A stretch of DNA of 64,000 nucleotides from Octopus sinensis (taxonomy: Eukaryota): NCBI RefSeq assembly GCF_006345805.1, contig NC_043000.1, positions 103,044,001 through 103,108,000 on the forward strand. Reading direction: 5' to 3'. Numbering within the stretch: the stretch's first letter is position 1; every line of letters begins with the position of its first letter. Below, piece after piece: positions 11,693-24,644 of this stretch. Both the position numbers and the translations under genes were made by a program. The notes beneath the pieces were generated by a model that was given only the letters and a program-made list of their open reading frames with translations, ran no database searches and had not been told where the DNA came from.

Positions 11693-11940
11693 ATATGTAT
11701 ATGTATATATCTATGTGTGTGTGAGTGCATTGTGTTTGTGTTGTCTTCCACCACCCCTTGACAATCGGTGCTGGTGTGTTTACGTTCCCGTAACCTAGCG
11801 GTTCGGCAAAAGAGAACGATAGAATAAGTACCGGGCTTAACAAAAGAATAAGTACTGGGATTGATTCATGCGACTCAAGAAATATTCAAGGCGGTGCTCC
11901 AGCATGTCCGCAATCTAATGACTGAAACAAGTAAAAAAAT
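11565..11940 (+). mobile_element. Family C SINE, 5'-truncated and diverged
   Basis: GCCTTGTGAGTGGATTTGG...GGCGGTGCTCCAGCATGTCCGCAATCTAATGACTGAAACAAGT. Confidence 0.8.
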
Positions 11941-12109
11941 AAAAGATGTAGAGTGAACCTGACAAAGGAGCTCAATCTGTTTCAGTGTATTTAGCAAGAA
12001 AACTGGTTGCTCTAAGTGTAATAACAGCTCAAGTATAACAATCTCAGAAGTCACAGGAAAAAAAAAAAAATCTTCGCTCACCACCAATTATGTCTCTTTT
12101 TCCAGAACA

Positions 12110-12345
12110 GCTTCAAGAGTGTTTCCCAAGTCTCGAGGCTGCTTTCAGTCTCAGCACTGCACAGCAGAAATGATCCTTGAGGCACGACAATTCTCAGGAA
12201 AAGTAAGAGATTTACTCTGACATCTTTGACCCGTGTAAAGTCTTTGATTCCGACAACCGCGATTTACTGTGGGACATGCTCAGGAAGTTCGGGTAACTCA
12301 CCTACGTTTTGTTCCCCTCTAAGACCTGCATGTGTCATCCGTAAC
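12110..12345 (+). mobile_element. RTE-type LINE reverse transcriptase fragment
   Basis: Manual translation gives VFPKSRGCF...TAEMILEARQ and IFDPCKVFDSDNRDLLWDMLRKFG, resembling the RTE RT segment (ESQCGFR...DMIF.ARQ...DL.KAFD.V.R..LW..L.KFG). Confidence 0.65.
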
Positions 12346-12643
12346 GTTGACTGATAATGAATTTATATCTATTCTGTGCTTTACGCATGTCGAGTATACA
12401 TTTGAACAATGATCTTCCTCATGCCATACTAATTCTACTGTATTTCAGGTGCAGGTTTGTGTGTGTGTGTGTGTGTGTTTACCTACATGCATATATTTAT
12501 ATGGTTGTGGAGTAAGGAGTTTACTTCCCAGCCACATAGCACCTTAGGCAATTTCTACAGCAGCCATGGACTGAATAAAGCCGTGTGAGTAGTTTTGTAG
12601 ACGGAAACTGAAGAAAACCTGCTGTATAAATATACATATTTAT

Positions 12644-12804
12644 GGCGCAGGAGTGGCTGTGTGGTAAGTAGTCTATCTACCAACCACATGGTTCCGGGTT
12701 CAGTCCCACTGTGTGGCACCTTGGGCAAGCGTCTTCTACTATAGCCTCGGGCCGACCAAAGCCTTGTGAGTGGATTTGGTAGACGGAAACTGAAAGAAGC
12801 CCGT

Positions 12805-12839
<35 letters not shown>

Positions 12840-13049
12840 CTGTGTTTGTCCCTCTAGCATTGGTTGACAACCGATGCTGGTGTGTTTATGTCCCCGTCAC
12901 TTAGCGGTTCGGCAAAAGAGACCGATAGAATAAGTACTGGGCTTACAAAAGAATAAGTCCCGGGGTCGAGTTGCTCGATTAAAGGTGGTGCTCCAGCATG
13001 GCCGCAGTCAAATGACTGAAACAAATAAAAGAGTAAAAGAGTAAAGAGT
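12644..13049 (+). mobile_element. Full-length CORE-type tRNA SINE family C (resembles octopus OR-type SINEs)
   Basis: GGCGCAGGAGTGGCTGTGTGGTAAG A-box, GGTTCAGTCCC B-box, CCTTGGGCAAG CORE-like segment, internal (TA)n(TG)n, LINE-like 3' hairpin and (GAGTAAAA)n tail. More than 12 copies in the window. Confidence 0.9.
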
Positions 13050-13299
13050 ATATATATTGTATGTGTGTATGTGTATATGTGTGCCAATGCGTGACAACCG
13101 GTGTTGGTTTGTTTACGTCCCCATAACTTAGAGGTTCCGCAAAGGAGACCGATAGAATTAGTTCCGGACTTAAAAAAAAAATAAGCACTGGTATTAATTC
13201 ATCATGTTAAAATTCTTGAAGGTAGAGCCCCAGCATAGCCGAAATCTGATAACTGAAACAAACGAAAGATAAAAAAGATACCACATTTAACAGAACTCT

Positions 13300-13339
<40 letters not shown>

Positions 13340-14157
13340 GTCACTTAGAGAATTACACACACTTAGTCATATAGTATAGAAATATGTGCGTTCATACTCC
13401 TATTTGTGTGTGTCCTTGCACATTGTCTAAATTAATTTTGAGACCTTGTGATTATTTTCAACTACACGCACACACGCACATAAATAGTAAAAAATGCATC
13501 CTTTTCTTTCGAGATCCCTGGAAAGCTAATATTCCAACTTAAATGAGCTGAACGAACGAGCAGTGAAGCAGAGTATGCTTCTAGGCAACAACAAGAAAGA
13601 ACAAAAGCAAAATACCCGAAAAATAAACACACAAGCACACACAACCACACACAAAACATAAGATTCATGAGAGGAGAAAAAGGAAAAAAGCAGAACAAAA
13701 AACATCGAACCCTCCAATGACTTGACATTTAGACGTGCCTGGCCCTTCTATAAACTCAGCACCCATTCAGCTCGGGCTGATTTAAAGTAAATTAACATAC
13801 GGAACCCAAATAACGAAATAAATGAACATACAAAGGCTTTCAAAAAAAAAAAAAATGGCTAAGGATACTCTACTCTTCCATTCTCTACTATTTCCACCAT
13901 TTCTCCAAGCTGCTCTTGAACTATAGGTTTAACAGTACAGCCTTAATTGTATATCGCATACCTTTTCTGCAGGTGAATAGTTCCAGTTACCGGTTCGTTT
14001 AGTTACCTAAGCCATCATCTGTCAACTTATATCCATTAAAATACAGAGCACGTTTTTACACCCTTGCTAAATGTCTTTGCATGACTACCAACATTCTGGC
14101 TCTACTTGTTTTGTTTGCTGCAACGATACTCCCTATTTTATACCTTGTCCCCCCACT

Positions 14158-14235
14158 CTTCTTCTTCTTCTTCTTCTTCTTCTTCTTCTTCTTCTTCTTC
14201 TTCTTCTTCTTCTTCTTCTTCTTCTTCTTCTTCTT

Positions 14236-14264
<29 letters not shown>
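14158..14264. repeat. (TTC)n microsatellite; a longer degenerate array lies at 23835-24125 and a (GAT)n array at 24410-24770
   Basis: Seen directly. Confidence 0.97.
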
Positions 14265-14266
<2 letters not shown>

Positions 14267-14959
14267 ATTTCCACTCACATACACATATAAACACAGGAAC
14301 ACACAGTCATACCAACTGAGTAGTTAGGCCATGATTCTGAAGTTATTTCTCTTGTCTGTTTTATTTTTTTAATATACATTTTAAAAACCTCGGGCGGGAG
14401 TTTCTTTCCATGAATTGCATGGATAATGTCGAGTGTTATGTCTATCTCTGCCATATAAATATGAATATATTTGAAATTGAATTATGAAATGATCTATACA
14501 GAGGACAGAGAAAAAATCGATTGATATTAAAACAGAATAGTTTTATATAATGTAAAGAAATACAGATTATAGTTTAAATTTAAGAATAGTAAATCAATGA
14601 TATAAATTAATATTAATGAGCATGTTTGCACATAACAATAAAAATGTTTTAAAATGCTCAACTACCGCCAAGCTCATATGAGACATTGTATCGTCTCCGT
14701 TCACATGATTTCGAATAACAATTAAATAGCACTTCTGATGTAACATTCTACGATTTATCTGTTTCCTTATTTTATTGACATGTAACCAAAGATCTCACTA
14801 CCTTGTGTATAAGCATGAAATAAAGAATGATTGAGTGAGTGAACGAGTGAACAAGTGAATGAGAGCAGGATGAGCAAAATTCATATTGTGATTCGCAATA
14901 TGATGACCGATGACATGTGGTAATAGTGAAATAATGAAACACTGGATGCTTCCCCGAAG

Positions 14960-15420
14960 ACCTCCCTTAACTAATACGGGATTGAGATGGATGGCGTGCG
15001 CAGGTTAAAAATATTCAAACTCGAGCAGATACTGACGAATTATCGGAGATGCTTTGCATACGCAGAAACTGCAGGGACTACGTAGAGGTTTTGGAAGTTC
15101 GTCTTCTGAATCTATTGCAATGTCGGAAACCCTTCCGTATCGTCAGCAGGTATTACAGAGTCACAAGTATTTTCCCCCTTATCCAGGACGCTTCGCTTGA
15201 GTGAGCGAGGACTGAATTAATATTTGCCTACAGTCGCTTATCAACCTCAGCTACCTTGAACTAGTTACAGCTGTCATTCCTATCTCGTTGCTGGCTTTCT
15301 TTAGTTGTGTGGGTTCCAGACCAATCTTCTTCAGGAAATAGCGCACCATTCCAACTGGAAAGCTGCTGTATCAGACCTCAGTAGGGAATGAGAATATGAA
15401 TCACCCCTTGAAACGTGTCT
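14960..15420 (-). mobile_element. 3' end of an RLE-type non-LTR element (HERO/NeSL-like), degenerate
   Basis: Manual translation FPTEV*YSSFP...YFLKKIGLEPTQLKKASNEIGMTAVTSSR*L resembles the PVEVGCRGF...SSRWLW C-terminus. Confidence 0.55.
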
Positions 15421-16024
15421 CGTTTAAGTACTTAAAGAACGGGAAATTTTTGATAATCAAAGCATTTCGTAATTTGCTATTCTAATCTCTAGTATCGCCG
15501 AAATTTTAATTTAATTTAATGTTACTCATACATTTTAAAATACCTTATTTGTTATTTATTACAGTAAGAATACCCCAATGGCTTCTTGGGTTTTTGGAAA
15601 CTGGAACTGGTTGGTATCAAGTAAACATCAGTCAATGTAAACCTTACTTGCCTAGATGTTATAGTTCAGCCAGTTTTGTTCTTAATATGAGAATGAGCAA
15701 ATGAGTGGAAATGAGGTTGAAGATTTGAAGTCGTATGAAGAGGAGAGGGGCAGTTTGAGGGGATGAAAGATAAAAAAGTGAGGTAAAGAAAAGAATCAGA
15801 AAATTTGTTAGGAACTGAACTATAATACTTCAAATAATACATGCGGAGGTAGTGCTACAATGACAGTAAAAGACAGAGGTTGTTAGGAGCAATACCACAA
15901 AAGAACACAGATATACAGCTACAGTGAAAAATGAATGTGGATCAGTCACGAAATGACCAAAAATCTGGGGCAAACGCACACACACACACACACACGCATA
16001 CACATATTCGTATATAGTGACATA

Positions 16025-16362
16025 GTGACCCCCTTCGGTCAAACACTGACCATGGGTTTGCACCTAGAGAGTTACTCTCTGAGGCACAAGTCTGGGCAAG
16101 GTTGTTTCATGGAAGACCAGCAGTCGCCCATGCATACCGGCCTCCCCTCTCCACGTCACCGATGTTGTCCAAGGGAAAGGCAAGGGCCGATACAGCTTGG
16201 CACCTGTGATGTCGCTACTCATTTCTACAGCCGAGTGAACTGGAGCAACGTGAAATAAAGTGTCTTGCTCAAGAACACAACACGCAGCCCGGTCCGGGAT
16301 TCGAGCTCACAACCTCACGATCGTAAGCTCGACGCTCTAACCACTGAGCCACGCGCCTTCAC
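16025..16362 (-). mobile_element. tRNA-derived SINE family K (V/Meta-like body, probable RTE-type tail); second copy at 45222-45515 (+)
   Basis: GGCGCGTGGCTCAGTGGTTAGAGCG A-box, GAGCTCGAATCCCGG B-box, TTGAGCAAGACACTTTATTTCACGTTGCTCCAGTTCACTC body. Confidence 0.85.
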
Positions 16363-17589
16363 ATTCGTATATACATAGTTACATATAAGCATTCATGTAC
16401 ATTTACACTTCAAAACATTAGAGAATCAATTAAATTGTATGTGTGGGTTAGCGGAACCGCATTAAGCAGTGTCCAAAGTATTGCTTTGCTTTATTTACAG
16501 TTTGGTTCGTAGTCTTCTTATTAGAAACCAAGTCGGTTGTTTCTCAATTTAGACAAAAAAAAAAAAAAATCATACCGTAAAAAAATAAACTGTTAACTCG
16601 CTAGCATTTTAAAATAATTTATTAGCTAATCCTTCTTTTTCTTTTAATTTGACAAACAAGGTACTTTGTTTCAAACAGGCAGACAAAAAACTAAACTGTA
16701 AGTTCAAACAAAATACAACTTGTGAGTTTTGTTTTCCTTTTTATAAATATTAAGGCAAATATACTTGACAGTATAAATGTTTAAGGCGAAAATATTTTGT
16801 GAAATAATTATCACGGTGTTCACAACGAAAATAAATACATTGACTCCTGGTTTCTAAGAAATAACAACCAACTTTTTATCTAGCTACATCTTTTATTGGG
16901 CAATATATTATTTTTCAGACATACATTATCTAGGACATATCATCCTAGATACATTATGTCTAAAACGATGTCAAGATTGACTCATAGAGAGTGACCGAAT
17001 ATACAATCAGGGCCAAAAAAATGTGGACAAGAAAGAACATAGACTAGGGAATTGGCAGAACTAGATGGATACATGTCAATAACCAAAAAAACTAATCATA
17101 TACAAGGTGGACAGTAAGATTCAAAATGATGACTTGCATATTCAATTTTAATGCATTTCAGCAGATAGAGAACTTGGTATTTTGTGATGAATACAATAGT
17201 GGTTAGCATATTTGCGTTCAATCGGCAAAACATGCAAGTCATCGTGACTATATCATAGTTGTCAAGTTAGTGTCAACATACTTAATGAGGCGGAGGTTCA
17301 GCTTTTGATGCATGAAGCCATTAAAAGGGTAAACGAGTTATAACCTTCCTATATCTACGAAGTCAAAGAAGCGTTAAATTCTTGTTATTTTATTTGATAT
17401 ATGAAAATATTAAAAACGAAGACAAGTAATAACTATCTGGTTGTACAGATTGACAGAAAAATATAACTCAAAACATGAGTAAATATGTTTTTTTTTTAAT
17501 ATATATATTTGATAAGCAGGTGTTACAAAATGACTCATTGGCCAAGAGAGTCAATCATTTACACAGAGTAAGTTCTGCCAGCGCATGCA

Positions 17590-17870
17590 AAACAATATTC
17601 CATACACCCATACTGCCTAGTCAGGAGAATTTGTACTGTCGTTTTTTATATAGATACCAGAGACAAACGACTCACAGAACTCAAGGGATCTCTGTTGAAA
17701 GAAAAACATTCACCCTTATTTATAGAAAACGGTATACAACATGCTAAACAAATTCCTTTAGAACAACTTAGAGCAACCCAAGAAAGAACACCAAACCGGA
17801 ATATCATAGTCTATCAAAATCGCCAAAATATTTTTAACGTCACTAAGTCCAAATTATCTGTCATCAAAGT
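17590..17870 (+). mobile_element. PLE RT C-terminal fragment, same group as 28905-29705
   Basis: Manual translation LVRRICTVV...DTRDKRLTELKGSLL...FIENGIQHAKQIPLEQLR aligns with LARRICTTV...TRNKRLQELKAILL...VDNGIERAKII..QDLR. Confidence 0.7.
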
Positions 17871-18029
17871 AACGAACTAAAAATATTATATATAATTACT
17901 GACGGTACACTTGTTCAAAGTAAAAGGCAACCAAAATGTTGGAGAAATTGTTGACAAAAGCTAAGTTTAACTAAACAAAATTTATGTCGTTGACTCCGAA
18001 AGGATGAAGGGGAAATTCAACCTCGGCGG

Positions 18030-18087
<58 letters not shown>

Positions 18088-18106
18088 TAATAATAATAAT
18101 AATAAA

Positions 18107-18400
18107 TTCGTTTATTGGCCACAAGGGTTAACAAAGATCAATTAAAACATAAAGGGACAAAACACAGGACGAAAGTTACAAAGGGTTTTGTCCGTTTGAA
18201 AAAAGTCTGTGTACAAAAGCAGGATAACAACGAAATATAAGTAACAATTAAAACTCCCAATAGGAGGAGGCGCTTCGAAAGGTTACTCGTGGAAAACCCA
18301 TAAAAGCCACGGGAGCCTGGTCAAAAGTGGGGTAGAGAGACCCTTTCTCCTTTTATATTTCCTTTTAATTTTTCATAGGTGTATCCTCAGAATTGGTCCG
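18107..18400 (-). mobile_element. Probable 3' UTR of a non-LTR element ending CCCTTGTGGCCAATAAA next to (TAA)n
   Basis: Pyrimidine-rich 3' end with AATAAA followed by a simple repeat. Resembles the family N SINE tail. No ORF seen. Confidence 0.4.
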
Positions 18401-18530
18401 TTCATACTGACCATTCTTGTGACATTCATCCACCTTTCAATAAACTTGCTACCAGGAAGATTAATATTAATTTAAAGTTTAATTTTACCCAAAACCTGTG
18501 GTAATATCAACAGTATTATTAATTGAAGTG

Positions 18531-18750
18531 AAAGCGGTGAGTTAGCAGAATAGTTAGCACGCCGGACAAAATGCTCAGCGGCATTTCGTCCGTCTTTACG
18601 TTCTGAATTCAAATTCCGTCAAGGTCGATTTTGCCTTTCATCCTCTCGGGATCAATGAATTAAATAACAATTATGCACTGGGTTCGATGTAATCGACTAA
18701 TCATCCCCCACCCCAAATTTCAGGCCTTGTTCCTTTATTAGAAATTATTA
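18531..18750 (+). mobile_element. Family N SINE (tail type 2). Other copies: 22870-23060 -, 34993-35205 +, 41590-41730 -, 52490-52880 +, 54040-54195 +, 56610-56790 +, 57650-57850 +
   Basis: GAGTTAGCAGAATAGTTAGCACGCCGG...GAATTCAAATTCCG...GGTCGATTTTGCCTTTCATCC. Confidence 0.85.
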
Positions 18751-19812
18751 TTAGTGGAGGTGTTTCTAACTGGTTAAAAATGTTTGTATGTATAAGTTCG
18801 ATCAATCTAAACTGTGTAACAGCGTTCATCAAACTGATACGATTTAAAGGAATGATTCTGTTATTTTAGTGCAGATCTCAAAAGTGAAGCACGTTTGCTA
18901 TTTGTTAGGGTCGTGACTCCATAAACATTTACCTGAAGATTGTTAATAACAAGAAAGTATATTTATTGCTTATTGTTTTGATTTGAAAAATTACATATTT
19001 TTTTACTTTGTTACTTTCTATAAAACATGAAAGTGCTTGCAACATTGTAATATGTACCATTGTAAAAGTGCAAACATAAAAATAAAACGTGAAAAACGGA
19101 CTGTGTCGGAATCTGATAGACTAATATATTTCTCTATACACACTTTTACAAACCCTGAACAAAACCCATACGCGCACACACACGCACACACACACTCCAA
19201 AGGTACATATACATACACAATCACAGGGATAACGGCAATAGTAAAGAAAATAATAAACTTTTCCTATGACAAAATTGAATTCTCTATTTTCTACACCAAT
19301 TCACAAAGACACATACAGTTACACCTCTCTCAGTAACCGTATACTTTACATACTTTCTGTTATTATGCCAGAGGCAATTGCTTTCTCATATTTTTCTCTC
19401 TACTCTCTTTCCCCTCCCGATTCACACTCCCTATTCCTTCCATTTTTTTTTTATACATGCATAAAATAGACAAACATGCATAAACACACACACACACGCA
19501 CATACATACAAATGCATATGTCATGCTTAACACTTCGTATATATACTTACATATGTGTATAGGTATATATATATAATGTGTGTATATATATATATATATA
19601 TGTATGTGATTATATATATATGTATGTATATATATATAGGTATATATATGCATGTATACATGTATGTAAACATATATATATATATAGGAATAAATATATA
19701 TGTATATATATGCATGTATATGTATATATATATAACCTATATATATGTGTGTGTCTGTATATAAATATAAGATTTATATGTATATATATGCATATATATA
19801 TGCATATATATA

Positions 19813-19868
<56 letters not shown>

Positions 19869-20250
19869 CATACGTACATACATACATACATACATACATA
19901 CATACACACACACATACATACATACATACATACATACATACATACATACATACATACATACATACATACATACATACATACACAAAATAAACAAAAGAAA
20001 GCAAAATATTAACATAAGGCTCACTTTATCATTTCGACAGTTGCAATTGTTATTTATATCCTTTGATAATTTTTGAAACAAATGGTATTTTTGTCTTTAG
20101 ATATTCAATCGTGTTTTGGAAAGTTAACTATGACTCTCACTCTTCCCTATGCGAATGCTATGTTATGCTGCTATATATATATTTATATGAACGTATGTTT
20201 ATATGTGTATATGTATATATGTATGTGTGCATGTATGTATGTATCTATAT

Positions 20251-20661
20251 TACTCTTTACTCTTTTACTCTTTTACTTGTTTCAGTCATTTGACTGCGGC
20301 CATGCTGGGGCACCGCCTTTAGTCGAGCAACTCGACCCCGGGACTTATTCTTTGTAAGCCCAGTAGCCCAGTACTTATTCTATCGGTCACTTTTGCCGAA
20401 CCGCTAAGTGACGGGGACATAAACACACTAGCATCGGTTGTCAAGCAATGCTAGGGGAACAAACACAGACACACACACACACACACATATATATATACAT
20501 ATATACGACAGGCTTCTTTCAGTTTCCGTCTACCAGATCCACTCACAAGGCATTGGTCGGCCCGGGGCTATAGCAGAAGACGCTTGCCCAAGATACCACG
20601 CAGTGGGACTGAACCCAGAACCATGTGGTTGGTTAGCAAGCTACTTACCACACAGCCACTC
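20251..20661 (-). mobile_element. Family C SINE, near full length
   Basis: Reverse-complement match to 12644-13049. Confidence 0.9.
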
Positions 20662-21102
20662 ATATATGTATGTTAGCATGTATGTATATGCTTGTATGTA
20701 TATATTTCAATATGTGGGTTGAATGATACTTTTCAAGTGTCTCTCCGTATTAGCTGTAATCTTTACAGACTCACGCACATACACACTCGCACAAACGCAC
20801 ACGCAGACACACAACACATATATACGTAAGCAAGCACAAACACCAAACACACATGCACACACACATATATCAGAATAATGACAAAAACTAAATGTTGATA
20901 TTTTAAATGTATTTAATATACGTGTTTCTAGTAGTCATGTTGGATAGTCCTTACATATTATTATCATCGTCAGTCCAACATTAAAAAATATATTAGTGGT
21001 AAGCATATTTTTGTGTGTGTGTGCATGTGTGTGTGCATGTGTGTGCATGTGTGTGTGCACATGTGTGTGGTGTGTGTGTATGTGTGAGTGTGTGTGTGCG
21101 TG

Positions 21103-21174
<72 letters not shown>

Positions 21175-21361
21175 ATATATATGTATGTATGCATGTACAT
21201 ATACATGTATATTTATGTATACACACACAAAATTGATGAAAACTCTAGAATAATAACTATAAACCGTTGACAAAAACGAATATAAAAATTATAAACGAGT
21301 TGAAGTGGAATAGAATTGTCTTGTATATGTGCATGATAAATACAAAAAGCTGCAGCAAACG

Positions 21362-21461
21362 AATTTTAGTAATAGTAGTAGTAGTGATAATAATGATAAT
21401 AATAATAATATAATAATAATAATAATAATAATATAATAATAATATAATAATAATGATGATG

Positions 21462-21537
<76 letters not shown>

Positions 21538-21542
21538 TGATG

Positions 21543-21617
<75 letters not shown>

Positions 21618-21662
21618 TAATAATAATAATGATGATGATGATGATGATGATGATGATAATCA
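21362..21662. repeat. Long (TAA)n/(TGA)n microsatellite; further (TAA)n arrays at 18040, 34925, 40390, 40960 and 50670
   Basis: Seen directly. Confidence 0.97.
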
Positions 21663-21802
21663 ATCTAGTGTCATTATTTTAATGGTCTACCAGGGTATAC
21701 AGTGAGTTTCTTTGCTCTAGATGTCGGTAAGACACTCGGCAAGAAATGGAAACAAAATTGAATGAAAAGTTAATAATAATAATAACATCAACAACAACAA
21801 CA

Positions 21803-22340
21803 ATGTCCTGAAGGAGTACACGGAAGTGGCTCTCATGGCTTCTGATCTTAATTGATTGGAAGTGTTATCATGTACATTGTTTTGTCTTGGTACAAAAGAT
21901 GGGCTACAGCAAATATTCTACTCAGTACCACAGATTTGCTTGTTAGTTGTTTGACCCTAACCAGTTGATCATGTCCTTTAGTGGCTGACGATATGTACAT
22001 CTCTTTTCACGAGCAGAAGTAGTGGCAGTGCATCATAGTCATGTATTGAAAAGGATCCTTTGGGGTTTAGAGAATTCACCTCTGGAAACATTGATGTTTT
22101 GTTCAACATCCTTAAACAGTCCTTATTCAGGGACTTTTTGAGCGGGATGGGTTACTTGACCTGAAGAAAATTCTCAAGAATATCTGGGCCCTACCTGCAA
22201 GGTCATGCACTGTTTATCTTGATATAAGATCACCATGTCACGCACATATGGTTGTGATGCATGTGCCTGGTGTACCCTTATCAGGCAGGTAGTCATGACA
22301 GGTATACTGGGCTTCGTATATTTTGCCTCAGTGTCAATAA
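21803..22340 (+). mobile_element. Non-coding dispersed repeat associated with (TAA)n; second copy at 40488-40958 (-)
   Basis: AAAAGATGGGCTACAGCAAATATTCT...CACCTCTGGAAACAT...GAGCGGGATGGG...GGGCTTCGTATATTTT...CAGTGTCA is shared by both loci. Confidence 0.8.
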
Positions 22341-22344
22341 TTTC

Positions 22345-22812
22345 CAGTTCTAACAGATCAGGTGCTTCCCTGACAGACCAGATTCTTGAGCACAACAGAT
22401 GTGACCTTGTGGTGGTGGACGAAGCAAACCACATGTGCTCTATAACTGATGTTGCATGCAGATTTGACCCATATATAGTTAAGCAGGAAGGCAAGAAAGT
22501 TGACGTATACAAACCTCTTAAATACGTGAGAGACCGACCGTGAAAGTGGAATAATGTGAAGATAGTGCCAGCTGTCGTTGAGGCCTTGGGAACAGTATCA
22601 AAATATACTGAGAGGAACATAAAAGAAATGGCAATAGTGTCCGGTAGAGCTGTTACATAAGGTTTTCTTCCTTGACACGGCCAGAATCATCAGGAAACCA
22701 TTAGTTGAAAAGAACATATAGCTTGGTACAGCAGGCTACTGGTAGCAAGCCTGCAACTCATGCAAGATTCCAGGAATTCCAACAAAACTTGAATTAAAAG
22801 ATTAATAATATT
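22345..22812 (+). mobile_element. R4/Dong-clade LINE 3' end with restriction-like endonuclease
   Basis: LTDQILEHNRCDLVVVDEANHMCSITDVACRFD...KKVDVYKPLK, then VKIVPAVVEALGTVSK and TARIIRK in manual translation. Confidence 0.82.
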
Positions 22813-23100
22813 TTTTTCTAATTTTTGCACAAAGCTAATAAAAATATTATTATTGTTTCTGCTTTAAGTACAAAGCCTGACATTTTGAGAAGCGGTGTAG
22901 TTGATTACATCAGCTTAATGTCCAATTGGTACTTTATCTTATCGACTCCTTTAGAATGAAAGGTAAAGTGAACCTCGGCAGAATTTAAACATAGAACGTA
23001 AAGAGCAGGAACAAATGCTGCTAATCATTTTATCCGAAGTTGTAATTCTGCCAGCTTTTACTTCCAAACGAACACATCAACATCATCAACAATAACACTA

Positions 23101-23435
23101 CATAGCACTCCGTCGGTTCCGGCGATAAGGGTCCCAGTTGATCCGATCAACGGAACAGCCTGCTCGCGAAATTAACGTGCAAGTGACTGAGCATTCCACA
23201 GACACGTGTACCCTTAACATAGTTCTCGGAAGAGATTCAAGAAACAGGAAGAAAGAGTGAGAGAAAGTTGTGGCGAGAGAGTACAGCAGAGTTCGCCACC
23301 ACCCCCTGCCGGAGCCTCGTGGAACTTTAGATGTTTTCGCTCAATAAACACTCACAACGCCCAGTCTGGGAATCGAAACCGCGATCCTACGACCGCGAGT
23401 CCGCTACTCTGACCACTGGGCCATTGCGACTCCAC
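23101..23435 (-). mobile_element. tRNA-derived SINE family R, tail type A
   Basis: GTGGAGTCGCAATGGCCCAGTGGTCAGAG A-box, GGTTTCGATTCCC B-box, GTGAGTGTTTATTGAGCGAAAAC body, CGCCACAACTTTCTCTCACTCTTTC. Confidence 0.85.
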
Positions 23436-24611
23436 AATCACAATAGCAATAGGAGCTGTAGTAACCGCTACAGCGATGCATGTCTAAGATTAGATTATCA
23501 GAAACTACAAAGAGTAAAACTAAAAGGAAATGAAATTAAAAAAGATTTTTAAAAAAAACAAGGTGTAAAAGTGTAAATCGAAATATTTGTCAAGAATAAC
23601 AATAGTAGAAGTATGTAGAATTATATTCAATCGAAACATTATCAATTCAAATGAATAACAACAGCAACAACAATAACAACTGCTGCAGCACTACTAACAA
23701 CAACTACTAGTTCTACAATTAAATGACTGACAACAAATAATGGGGAAAAAATTCAAATATATATTTCACTTGTCAATTAACCCAATACTGATTTTTACAA
23801 AATCACCTTTTGAATTGCTACTGTTGCTACTATTATTTTCTTCTTCTTCTTCCTCTTCTTCTTTTTCTTCTTCTTCTTCTTCTTCTTTTTCTTCTTTTTC
23901 TTCTTCTTCTTCTTTTTCTTCTTCTTCTTCTTCTTCTTCTTCTTCTCTTCTTCTCTTCTTCTTCTTCTTCGTCTTCTTCTTCTTCTCTTCTTCTTTTCCT
24001 TCTTCTTCTTCTCTTCTCTTCTTCTCTTCTTCTTCGTCTTCTCCTTCTCTTCTTCTTTTCTCCTTCTTCTTCTTCTTCTTTCTTCTTCTTCTTCTTCTTC
24101 TTCTTCTTCTTCTTCTTCTTTTTCTTTGTATGGTATTGCACCAACGTTAGAAATCATTATTATTGCATATGTTGTGAAAAACAGAAAGCTTATATTCATT
24201 CTCGGAGATGAATTTGGAGAAAACCCTGAGCGAGATGTGAAAGGAAGGGTGCATTGTAGTCTAAGGACGGAGCATATGGAAATATGTACCAGCCCTTTAA
24301 GACCAAATATGAGGTAAGGAGACAGAGACAGAGTGACTGCCGCAGAGTCACCCTCATTTGTTTCGTGTACTAAAGTTTTTGCCTGTTTTTGGTATCTGCA
24401 TTTGACGACGACGACGACGATGATCATGATGATGATAATGGTGGTGGTGGTGGTGGTGGTGATGATGATGACGACAACGACGACGATACTGTTGATAATG
24501 CTGATCCCGATTCTGATGACGACAGCGACAGTGAGAGCACTATGACGAAAATGATGATGATGGTGATGATGATGACGGTGATGATGATGATGATGATGAT
24601 GATGATAATGT

Positions 24612-24644
<33 letters not shown>

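Noticed and set aside
16290-16362. tRNA-like sequences here and at other SINE heads
   Set aside because: They have A and B boxes but run on into SINE bodies, and the acceptor stems are not intact.
24130-24320. Possible exon ending GAG|GTAAGG between microsatellites
   Set aside because: There is a donor-like motif only, with no recognisable protein similarity or partner exons.
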